A stretch of DNA of 64,000 nucleotides from contig NW_005434652.1 of assembly GCF_000315625.1 (NCBI RefSeq), forward strand, positions 696,091 to 760,090, given 5' to 3'. This document shows positions 12,864 to 24,436 of the stretch, piece after piece. How positions within the stretch are numbered: the first letter of the stretch is position 1; each line of letters opens with the position of its first letter. The translations under genes were made by a program, and so were the position numbers. Below the pieces are notes generated by a model, which was given only the letters and a program-made list of their open reading frames with translations, did not search any database and was not told the DNA's origin. The stretch is from Guillardia theta CCMP2712. Lineage: Eukaryota > Protista > Cryptophyta.

Positions 12864-15800
12864 ATGCGTGTGGTGGAGGATCGTTTGTTCCTGCAGCAGG
12901 AGGGAGCGATTCTTGGTCGGGTGGCTGAGGGCGATCGCTCCTCATGGCTCTTGGTGGGCGTGCAGCCCGCTGGGATCCTTGGGATTCACAGCGACCAGGA
13001 GGAAGCGAGGTGCCGGTGGCTGCTGACGGCGCCAGCAGAATGTGTTGCTCAAAGCCAAAATATGGTGCAGATGGGAGGATTCTTCGTGCTCACGAGGGAC
13101 GGGAACGTCTGGTGCTGCGAGTTTGAAACAAGCAACGTCAGAGAAGGGAAGCGAGCAAGGAGCGAGTTGGAGCGAGCTGGCAAACCTGGAGGGATCGCGA
13201 TGGGAGCAGATAGCTGCATGGCGGGGCGGAGAGGAAGGGCCATGTGCATAGGCAGCTCAGCAGTGGGGTCAAGCTTCCTTTGCTTCACTTCTTGTCAGGA
13301 CTTGTTGGTACTCGGATGGCGAGGGGGAGGGGTAGACACTTCAGTCTGGATGTTTCCACAGCAGTTGAGGCTGACAAGTCAAAGGGCCTCGAGCATGAGC
13401 AGAACGATGATCCAAGAGGTCGAGGCCTCTGCAGCACAAGCTGTGATACTCCGCGATATCTCTGAGATCCGCGAAGACGACCTCTTGCCCACCAAGAACA
13501 GCTTCAGACTCGCAGGCCTCTTGTTCGACCGGCTCTTCGGCTGCACTACAAGTTGAAGCCTAACTAATGCTTGCTCTTCTCCTCTGAGACTATCCTGTTC
13601 AGGTCCTGTCCTTCTCACCCAAGGGAGGTCGACATTGGGCTTTTACCTCCTTGAGCTGGAGTCCAGCAGCAGTTATCGGGTGAGTTCTACAAGTCCGGTG
13701 TGCATGCCGGCTGAGTTTAAGAGGAAGAGGGTGGAAGAGCTCAAGGCTGATCGACCCTCCGCTTTCATCGCTGGTGTCTCCCTGAGTCCCGACAGCTTGT
13801 CGAGCAGAAAGCGGCAGATCGCCGGTGAAGTGCAGCCGGACGACGAGGGGCGACGGCTGATGTTTGACCCGAGCAGATAGCGTTCTCTTCATCACTGAGA
13901 CAGGGATCGAGTCTTCTCTCTACCATCAAGATCGTCACAGCAATCGGGTACTCTTTGCGTCAGTTGACTCGTGGCCAAGTTTAACTTTCCTCCGCTCGCT
14001 GCAGATGTCAAAAGTTGACTTCCAAAATCTTCCATTGATAGAGAGCTTTTCGACCTCTGGAAGCGAAGTTTTCCTACTCAGTATCTGCTGTGAAAAGACT
14101 GACGGGTTTCTGAGAGAATCTGCAAGGTGTTGGGGTTGTCGTTCGCTTCCAGCTCTCAACCGACGAGCACGGCGGAGTGAAGTGCGAGGCGAAGCAGACT
14201 TTCAAGCTTGCGGTGAAGGTAACAGTGAGATCTCTTGTCGATATCTTAAGTTGAAGTTGACTGTCAGGTCGTGGACTTGCATGTGCATCGTGACAACAGC
14301 CAAGACGATGGAATGAAGATCCATGTGGCTACGTCGAAGGGGTGTATCATCCAGCTAGATGAGGGCTACCAAGCGAAGGAAGATGTGCGAGAAGGTGAAT
14401 ATGACAAAGAACTCAACAGATCCTGATGCCTCAAAGAAGGCCATGGAGAACGACATGCGAATTCCATCAAATCTAGTTTGGAGGTCAAGTTGCCATCCTG
14501 CCGGATTTTTCTGATCCTGAATCTTGCAGATGATTTCGCAAATTGACAGGAGAAGGAAACAACTCAAGGGAGAGATCGAGGCTCTTGATTCAAGCATCTT
14601 CAACCTGTGAGAATAGCTATACTTGAATCACCCATGATTTCAAGTGGTAGGAACAAGTATTGCAAGCGAGCTTTGAATGAAAAGAAAGAGGTACCGTTTC
14701 ACTTGTTGTAAAAGCAAAATGAAATGCTCATCTTTGATGTGTTGGGCCAGGTCCCGTCGGATTGCGTTCTGAGAAGCGAATTCTGTGAGGATACAAAAGG
14801 ATGGAACAGCATATCAGTCTCCTTCCAACCTTCGCTTCAAGACGATTCAGATACCTCTTCTGGAGCACATTTCATCATCGGCGACTTCAACTCTCTCTTT
14901 CCAGCAGAAGATTCCATCTTCTTTTCATCTTCTGTCTCGCAAACCGAAGGTGTGCATGAAACTATTCAAGCTCATCCCGACCTCGGCGTCTGGTCTCTTT
15001 CCTTTGGCTCGATTCACCTGTCTTCCTACCGCGTTCTTCCTTTGGTGCGAACTTCTTCTATCGTCAAAGTCTGAGTTTGTTTGTAAGGTTAAGGCAAAGT
15101 CAGAAGGAGACAGGGAACGGATTTCAACCTCTGTCGCTCTCCCTTCATCTGCAATGTTTAAAGCTCAAGCTTCTCCCACTTCGAAGGGGTCTAGGCGAAA
15201 TACTCTCGCCTACCTGCCAGATCGCAAGCAACCTCCTTTCCTTTCTACCACGAAGTTATCAACTCCTTCCCTCAACCAAGTGAAGCTAAAGTGCCAGTGG
15301 CATACTTCAAGTCTGCATGCTGCATACCTCGATCTTGCTTTGTCGACTCTTGGCAAGAAGATTTCAGCGGAAGGCCCTCACCACATGTTCGGTTGCATCA
15401 GACTCACACGGAAGGTGAAGAGATGAGTTGCGAACTTGACTGACAGATGGAAAGGTGAGAGAGAAATGTATCGTCATGGAGTGCGACAATGTGAAGGGAC
15501 AGGTCTTGGGCGAGTCATGTAGACCTGCCGAACGCGACCCACACGTCGTTACGGCTGCCACGTTTGCTTGGGCAAGAAGCTGCTGGCTACATCGCGTGTT
15601 AGCAGCCAGTCAGAGGGAGGACGAGGGGCGTGGGGCTGAAGGGGCTTCGCTTTCTCTCTCGGAGCTCAACAATTGGAGAGACTTTGCTATCAAGAAGCTG
15701 GTGAGACCTGCGGGGCCGCATGGCGGGACTTACGCGAGGCAGGTGAGCATACGGAAGCTGAGGACTGACTGGGACTTGATGGGCATGATGAGTGGAGAGA

Positions 15801-15984
15801 GCCGGAGTGAGATGAAGGGCCCGCGACCCACTTTGACAACTGTACAAGATCGTCATGTTTTGTTCAAAGAATAACTTGTTGTGCTCCATCAGGTGAGGAA
15901 AGAGCTCTCTGAGATCATAGAGACGTACTTAGAGATCCGTTCCGCTCCCGATTTCTCGCTGGTTGCGCTGGAATGCTCTTCTAG
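12864..15984 (+). CDS. Probable multi-exon hypothetical protein
   Basis: Plus-strand ORF segments 12864-13556, 13635-13880, 14724-15074 and 15455-15874 are linked by short GT..AG introns. Probable last exon DPFRSRFLAGCAGMLF* ends near 15984. Start uncertain. Confidence 0.4.
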
Positions 15985-15997
15985 GAAGCCTCGATGA

Positions 15998-16315
15998 TCA
16001 TTGGTTGTCATCGTCAGAGAGCTCATCCAACGCTGATTGTAATATACTTAATCTTGATTCCTGAGCCTCTGATCCCCAACGGTCAAACATGCAAAGATTA
16101 CGGCAGGGATTACCTTTGGACGGTATCGAGTCTTTCCATGGCAAGTCTTTCGACTCTTGAGTTGCAAACAGTTCAACTGAGCCACTCGAGGTTTCTAGTT
16201 TGCTCGACGTATCGACTTCTTCCTTTCTCTTGGCGCCTGTGGCCCATTCCAGCTCCTCAGCAGCATCGTGCTGAGCTTTCTTCTTGCGAAGAATAGCTTG
16301 CAGTTGCGAATCCAT
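15998..16315 (-). CDS. Small hypothetical charged protein (105 aa)
   Basis: ATG-initiated ORF MDSQLQAILRKKK...DELSDDDNQ with protein-like composition. Confidence 0.45.
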   Translation of the reverse strand: MDSQLQAILRKKKAQHDAAEELEWATGAKRKEEVDTSSKLETSSGSVELFATQESKDLPWKDSIPSKGNPCRNLCMFDRWGSEAQESRLSILQSALDELSDDDNQ

Positions 16316-16445
16316 CTGTGCTCACGAGCAGCGAAGACCAGCGTCAGCTTTCACATCACACATTCGTGTCCTCTCTTCTAGCCCAATAATCACATTGCTC
16401 TGTGAATTCGGGCAGAGGCAAAATCAGCGATGCTTCAATCTACAG

Positions 16446-16598
16446 CTCTCTGTCTCTCTCTGTCTCTCTCTCTCGCTCTCTCTCTCTGTCTCTCTCTCTC
16501 ACGCTCTGTCTGTCTCTGTCTCTGTCTCTGTCTCTGTCTCTGTCCTTCTGTCTCTGTCTCTGTCTCTGTCGCTCTGTCTCTCTTTCTCTCTCTCTCTC
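16446..16598. repeat. Compound (CT)n/(CTGTCT)n microsatellite
   Basis: Directly visible. Confidence 0.9.
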
Positions 16599-16749
16599 GC
16601 CATTCCCTCGGTCGTTTTCCGCATCCCCTCCCGCCAAGTCAAACCAACATTTTGAACACGTTCACCCCTGAAAGTTTCCACTCCTCGTAGATTACCACTG
16701 GCTAGATGACACGGTGTCGCTCAAACCGGCTGTGTGGCATCTCTTCCAG

Positions 16750-19700
16750 TATTCCGAGTAGTTGCCGCACTGTCAGTCCTCATAGTGAGATGGATCGTTC
16801 TCTCTGCGGTGTTGGTGAGAGCCTTGATGGTGTGCGGAAATAAGACGGTTTTGATCTAGGAAAACATTGAAACAACTACTCAGAGGCAAGCCTACTTCTC
16901 CACACTCGCAAAGATGTCAAGTTGGTTTGCGCAAGGTTGATATTGCGGTGACTGCAGTCGGTTCAGAATCGCCGCTGGCGTCAAGTCCTGACAACGGGGC
17001 GGGTCAGCGAGCTCGACTAGAAAACAAGAAAGAGTTCACAGATTTGCTCCCGCATATCTTCTGGAGAGGAACCAGACCCTTGGACAACCAGATATCGTTC
17101 ATGTAGATCTCACGATATTGGATCTACAACCCAGTCAGAAATTATACTCCCTGCCTGCAACCTTGCCATACCAACTTCTGCGAACTCAAGATGAGGTTGT
17201 AGTTGCTGTCGCGGTAAGCCTACCGCCAGTCACGCGCTTTCTTTCCCTCATACAGCAACTGAGCCGCACCTGGTGCTGCTGCCCTGCTATGATATACAGA
17301 GTGTCGTGATGGACCAAGACGGCGAACCCGTACCTGCTTGCAACGAGTCAGTGACCAGCCGCAGGCGCAGTAAGGCTGCCGGTATTCGCCGTAAGTCCTC
17401 CCGACCCTGCACCGACTCGTCATCTCACAGCAGGAGCACAAGTCTGTGGGACCATTCGTAGAGATGGAACTCCGGCACCAGGAAGCTGTTGAGGGTGAAG
17501 GGCCGGTAGGCCAGACGCCAGACGACCCCATCCTGTGCCCCGTCACTTCCTGCGACAACCCGAGACTCACGGGCAGACCGTGCTGTAAAAGATCCGGTTC
17601 TCTAGCTGCGGCCCCTCCTGTGTCGAGCTGCAGGCTGCCAAGAGAATGAGAGGGAAGAAAAGGAAAAGAGGAGTCAGGAGGAGAAGGCAGAGAGCACGAG
17701 AAAGGAGAAGGCAGAGAGGAGGTTGAAGAGAAGACAGAAGAGAGGAGGAGGAGAAAGTGGAGAAGGCGGATGACAGCGGACCTGTTGGTTTCTCGTGCTG
17801 CCCTGCGGTGTAGTCGTGACACCCGAGGGTGAAGAGCATCATATAGTCCCTGTACGCGACCGCAGCCTGCACATCGACCTGTCGAGGAGTCATAACCTGC
17901 CTAGTCTTCCGCAGGCGAAAGACCATGGTAAGAGCACAGGAGTCGGGGACAATCTCCCAGTTGACTCCGTCGGGGGAGGAGAAGGTGTTGTAGAACTGAG
18001 CCTGCACGCTCCCCACCACCCACAGCTTGCTCCTGTACACCAGCGCAAAGATGTTGTTCCTCCCTTTCCAAACCGTGTTCGAGTCCACCAGGCTCCACTT
18101 CTTGAGGTCGACCGTCATCCACAAGTCAGCCGTCCATCCTGCTGCCCCTTGTCCCCCGATGAGCCACAGCTTGTCCTGGAATTCCACTGCCTGCGCGTTG
18201 CTGCGGGCTGACCAGGGGGCAGAGGAGGTGACTGAGATCCAGAAGCCGCTGAAAGTCTCTGCCAACTCACAGCTTAGTCGCTCTCCACTCCTCTCGGCCT
18301 CAGAACGTCACCTCCTTTGGCCAGCTTCGGTTGAGGAGTCGTTGCAGTCCTGCAGCGAGATGACTAGACGAAAGATGTGCAGAAAGAGCAGAGAAAGCAG
18401 GCCGAGAGAAGAAGAGGGGAGGAAGAGATGGATGAGGTGGTGGGAGGGGAGGAGGACGAGGAGGGGAGGGGAATTAGAGGCATACACGAAGATGTCGCGG
18501 ATGTTAGTGTCTGCAGCATAGATCCACACGTCGTTGAAGAAAGTGTTCTTGGCATTTGAATAGCCTCCAAGAACGACCAGGATGTCTTTGAAGATGGTCA
18601 TCTAGAGGAGAACGAGTTGAGTCATCCCAGCAGCAGCACCTCCCTGCCTCTCCCCGCCTCTCACAGAGATGTTCGATCGCTCCGAGAACCAAGGGGCAGC
18701 ATCTTGCCACGCGAACTCGTACCAGCCGTTGATCCCGTCAAAGGTAGACGAGTAGATGTTCTTCGTCTCCGCCTGTATGGCCGTTAGCTCGGGCTGACGT
18801 CACCGCCTCCTCTCACGATGCTCTGAGTCCTTCCCGTCGCCAACTTGATCGTCCCGTCCGGGTACGAGACGGCAGCGAAGTAGTTCCTGGGGGGGAAGAA
18901 TGTGCCTACCGCTCCCTGCGTGAAGAAGATGACATCCTTTCCCATGGCCGGCGAGAAGTCGCGGCAGGCGGCGCGGAAGGTGATGGTGGAGTTGCTGGTG
19001 GAGACTTGAGATCTGAGACCAACAGCCTGCATGATGGCGTCGACGGGAACCCTCACTGATTGCAAGACATCTGTTAGACATTCCCAACTTGTTGCTGGTG
19101 TGACAAACCATCTCCGCTCGGCAACGAGACTGAAGGTGATTGCACAATCTTTCCAAACATTCGCAAGTTACTTGAAGTCGATCGCCAGAGATTGTCACCA
19201 TCTGTTGCAGACGCACTCCATTGACGATGATGTTGCTCAGTACAATCTGGAAAAAATGTCAATCCAAGCCAAGAAAGAATGACCACAAAGTTCCTTGTCC
19301 GAGAAAACTACTCCTCCATCGCACTTCCTGAAACTCGTCAACATGTCTGCTGATACGGTTCCTGCGCCAAGGTCATCATCCAAGGATTGCGCTGCAGTAA
19401 TCTTACCAGCTGCTTGCAGTTGGCTCATCTCTGCTATTGTCGCGTCGGTGATCAAGCTGAAGCACATCTGGAACTGTGGGACGACAATGAGCTCATGCTC
19501 AGATCGGATCGGATTCTTACTTGCGCATACTTCCACCAGTCGATGGACGACGCGTTCAAGGGTACAAGTTGAGAATCATACGGGACGGTCAAAACCCTGG
19601 TGGTCAAACGCTCAGACTGTAAGACAAGAGGCAGAAGAGGATGGGTGGAGCTGAGATGGAGGAAGCGGACGGGAGGAGCTACGGGGCTGAGGATGCCAAC

Positions 19701-22700
19701 AACAATGTCGAGATTTCATACCCTTCGGCTGAAACTTGTCGGCCAGCGTAATTAGCATTCAGATCCACTCCGAAGTTCAAGCCGACAACGGTGAGCTGAA
19801 AAAGTTCAGATGTGCAAAAGTGAAGAGATGAAAGCAGAGGGAGAGGAGAGGAGCGGAGAGGAGAAAGGATCAGATGAAGAAGAGAGGAGAGAGGAAGCGA
19901 GCTATGGGCTTAAGAAGGAAGGGAGGAAGAAGGCAAGAAAACGAAGCTGCGAGAAATCGATGATGAAGGAAGGTACCAGGCTGGAGCTTCCAGCAAGTAG
20001 CTCGGGAGGAAATACACTCCAGACTGTCACAGGTCAGAAGAGTTCAGGGGAGGAGGAAGCAGGAGATCAACAGGTTTCAGCAAGGAGCGTCAGGGGTCAC
20101 AAGCTACTGATTCAGCACCTTGGGGCTTCTCATAGGAGAAGGAGAAACCGTTGGAAGACATCCCGCCGACCACCAACGTCATCGTCTGACTCCCTCCGAA
20201 GGGAAGAGCCTCGCAGATGAGCTTGTCGTCAGGACAACTGCGAACAAGTCAAAGATTTCTCCTCTCTCGGCCATGTCCAGCGATGACGCCTCCTGCTCTC
20301 CTTGCCCTTCTCTATCTTCGCTTCATCATCACTCGTGCTTCCCGGACTCCCTCCAGCATCCTCTACTCTCTCTGGCTTCTCCGTCCCTTCCACTCGTCCC
20401 TCCTCTCACTTTCGTCCGCAGCCCATGGACGCCAGGCTGCAACGGTTGATGCATGTTGTGTATGCTGCCAAGATCATAAGAACCCAACGACCAGCAGTCA
20501 CGAGGTGAGGAGGGAGGGAGCGGAGGCGATGAGAGCAAGTGACCTTCGGCGAACGCGTACACGCACTTGAACGTGATCGCCTGGTGATGCTGGTCACAAC
20601 GCTGGCTACTCCTCACCTCCTCAACCTGCTCGGTGGAGCAAAGAGCTAACTTTCGGCCTTCCACCTCCGACTTCACTTGCGCTCCCTGCCACACCATCAC
20701 TTTGCCATCGGCAGCACGCGCAAGTGTCCGACCGTCAGTGCGTTGAGAGCGAGCAGGTTGACACTGGGGCAAGTCTTGTTGAAGAGAATCTGGTTGTAGT
20801 TGCAGGTAAATCATCAGAGCAAGGAAGGAACGGGTCACCGCTCCGTTGTAGTTCAAGAGCAGGCAGGCTCTTTCCGTACTCGTTGCGCAGCTCGTCCTGT
20901 ACATCTCCCTTGCCGCCCCTCCGAAGTTGCTCCCCTGCTCTTCTTCAGCTCAACCCCAGCTCTCCCATCCTCTAACCTCGATGGTGATCAGGACGGAAGC
21001 GTTCTGCACGTTGGGTGCATGACCCGGGGTGAGCTTAGAGATGGTTGGGCTGGTGGAGCGAGTGAGAGAAGCAAGGGAGGAGAGTCTCCTCGCCTTGAGT
21101 AGGAGTAGCTCAGGCCGAAGTCTTTGGCGAAGACATAGTCCGTGCCAACCTAGCAAGCTTCAATGTTAGCTTGTCGTTCGCGGGCCAGCAGGTCTCTGAG
21201 ACCGTCGGCATGTAGCAGTTGCCCCAGGGTTGACCCAAGAAAGTTCCTTGTCCGAAGAGCTTCATGGAGGCTGTAGAGCCGCAAAAATCACTAGTGAAAG
21301 TCCGAGGCAGGCAGACCTGTGCAGCCGTCGACCAACGCCTTGTAAGTCGCGTTGCGAATCTATTCGAGACTAGTCAACCGTTGGGGCCAGACAAGTCCAG
21401 GGCTCACCTTCACTTGAATCCGATGATCGTACCCAACCCCCGGCGGCATCACACAGTCTACGTACTGCTGGACGGAAGAGCTGCAAGGAGAAAGAGGTGA
21501 GGGCGGGTCGGCAGAGAGCGCGAGCGTTTGGACCTGTCGCCGACGGCAGGGAGGAGGATCTCACAAGGAAAGATCCCCCCGAATTTGATCTCCACATCAT
21601 TATTGTAGATCTGCTCAGTCGGCCGGACTGGAGCACCAGAAAATCAGATCGTGGGAGCAAACTTGGAAGCAGACCGATGGTATAGTGAGTTGTGTTCCCA
21701 ACTTTCACCTCTCTCCCGGACACTGAACAACTCTTGTCACTTTCTCTCCTTCACCTTTCCACAATCAAACCTGTAAAGTTCCCGTGGATTCGCAGGACAC
21801 TTGTGCCAGCAAAGCTGCGCAGCGAATCATGTTAAGATCTGAGCGTGCGCTTGCTTACCCGTCCGACTTCACTCTGACACTGTTGAACGAGTGACGCATG
21901 TCTCCGCTCGTTGACCCTGTGCAAGACAAGCAGACATCAGCAGAGGGAGGAGAGGAAGCGGCGGTGACTACCGTCACATCCAGTCGCCTGCCCGTTGGAG
22001 CTGTACGGCGCATGCAACTCAACAAGAACGACTGGAAGCTCACGACAGCAAACCTTGAGGGACATGCAAGGGACCCAACACATGGGCCGATGCATGTTTG
22101 GTCGTAAGTGAAACCGTTTGGAACCTGTTTGGAGCAAATGGCACAATCAACTTCAGGATGCAATAGAAAAGAGAGAACCTCTTTGAGTTTCGTGCCCACC
22201 AGAATGTCAAACTGATGAACTCAGTCATGAACTATGATGTCACATGAAGATGACAACTGACCTTGTTCGACTCTCCTCGAAAGTAAATCCCATCGTATGT
22301 CACTGGGGCCAGACGACAACGAATCTCCGACTGAGACACCCAGTCCGTCTGAGAGCAGCGTGAGCAATGTCAAGGGTCGCGAGAACGTCTGCCTGAATGC
22401 AGCTCGTGCCCCCAATGCGCACACGCGGCGTCAGCTGGTAAGCTCCGAAGTTCTCTCCTCGAAACGTCACCTGCGTCAAATCAACCCTTTGCTCCATTGC
22501 CATTCACTCACCGTCGTCTGGCCGGAGGCTGGGCCGTTGCTCCTCATCATGTTTTCGATGTAAGGGGCATCCTGGCACAAGAAATCACAAGTGCACGGCA
22601 GAGAGTGAGAGCAGCACGTAAGTGAGGCTGGCAGGAAGAACAGCAAGATTCTTTGCAACAGTCAAGATGACGTCGACCTGCATCGTACAATCTTAACCGA

Positions 22701-24170
22701 ACATCCTTCCTCCTAGAAACAACGTTCACCTTGTCGCCATATGCTGGATTTGACATGCAAGTGACACTTGAATCTGAGAGCCACAGAAAGGACATGCAGA
22801 CTGTATCTCCCTGGGGGGCAAAAGCAGGCAATTGTGACGCCAAAGAACGTTACAAACAAGGCAAGAAACATTCGTTACCAGCCTCAACGAGCGCTGCACA
22901 TTTCGAAATCCGAAATTTTTCCCAAAGGCCGTGATCTTGTCGTACAGTCACGTCTTTCAAGGACAAGAACTAGATCAGACCTGTCTTCCAGTGAGTGGCA
23001 TGTTGATGGGTGCTATAGCTGTGACTTCAGGTGAGTTGTAAGTGAAAACCTGTCAAACTTCTGTAAGAGCTGCTTGCAACACATTTATCATTGCCGCACA
23101 TTAAAGATCGTGCTGATCTTCTGGTCCATGGTCACTGAGATGCTTACACCGGCATCTGACCCCTCTGGAACCTTTGGACACCATCATGCATCATATTTCA
23201 AAAATGTCGAGGTCATTTGAGAATCACTTTGCACTTGACGATGGAATCGGAAACCCATGTGCTTGATAAACAAGCTTTTCCGTCGATTGTATCCTGAAAG
23301 GTGAACGTGACGCTTTGACCGTTCAACAAACCCCTAGCTTGAATACCTTGGCTTGTAATCTTGCTCGTGGTGTCACATCATACACTCCGAATCCTTGTTT
23401 GCGAATCACGACACGAGACTGTGTGTGGCAAGAGATGTGTAATACCTGCGCCAACAATGGAGATTTCTTGTGATCCGATCGTAACAGCGTTCGATGGGCT
23501 TAATCTCATAATCTTTCAACACGCTAAGAAGCAGCAGCAGTAATCAACTTTGTCATAGCACCTTCTGTCTGTCGTATGAATACTTGGTGGACGATACCGT
23601 TTCCTTCATAAACATTGTCAATGAGATCGGCAGCGACTCTGACGTTGAGGGAGTATTCTGGCACACAATCGTTGACTCTGATCTCCACCTCGTTGCTTCA
23701 CATGCTGTAGAGCCCAGGGACGCCTTGGGTGTCCAGTCTGCTCGAGCGAAGTTGGAACCGAGAAAGGAAACTGCAAACCCTCCAGTGGTTGGCCCGTTGT
23801 ACTGAGCAAACGCATCGATTTGTGGAGAATCGAAAGAAAACTTGCTAGGTAGAGGAAGCTCAAGAGTCTGAGCGACTCCGAGGTTGAACTTCAAGATGGT
23901 GATTACAATGCTCTTGTCTTGCCCTGTCCCGCCATAACTCGCTATTTGGCAGCCGATTGTGGTCAACGATACCCAAGTAGTCTTGTCACAAGCTGTGCCG
24001 CCTACTCTGGCTTTTTGACTGAAATCCCCATCTCCCAAGTCACTTGCATGCAGGGTCACGGTGAATCCTCCAGCACACGGTCCGTTGGCAGGAACGACGG
24101 TGTTGTTGTCCAATGCAGCGGTCAGCGACAATGCTAGCCACAGGAGACACAGGGAGAAGCGAAGGCACAT
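16750..24170 (-). CDS. Large secreted protein with many IPT/TIG repeats and a C-terminal kelch-like beta-propeller
   Basis: Signal peptide MCLRFSLCLLWLALSLTAA; IPT repeats NGPCAGGFTVTLHASDLG, NGPTTGGFAVSFLGSNF...CEATRWRSESTIVC, FSYEKPQV and LTVVGLNFG; kelch-like WSARSNAQAVEFQDKLWLIGG...ADLW, LVVLGGYSNAKNTFFNDVW and MNDIW. 3' end approximate. Confidence 0.65.
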
Positions 24171-24436
24171 CGTGGTCTGCCGCTTGTCGATGCTACCGAA
24201 CTAGCTTCTGATCTATCACATGTAGACACACACGCATTGACTTCAAGACTCTCTACACGCGCATCGCCGCCGCGCCCTCTGTCTCTTGCACGCCATGCCG
24301 CATCGCAGCAATTGACAAGCCGTCACCCCGCATCCCCTCGCTGAACATTATAACGGCTATAACCGTCTGTTTTACTTGGTTTCCCGGAGAAAAGTAAATT
24401 TCGGGGCATGGCAGGCAAGCGGCAAGGTGAAGGTTG

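Noticed and set aside
12864-15984. Spatacsin-like identity for the plus-strand hypothetical gene
   Set aside because: Only a vague resemblance over a few residues; not supportable.
15902-16000. Back-to-back stop codons (TGATCA) of two convergent genes
   Set aside because: The plus frame ending at 15997 has an upstream stop at 15872. A 40-nt intron (15893-15932) gives a more plausible end at about 15984.
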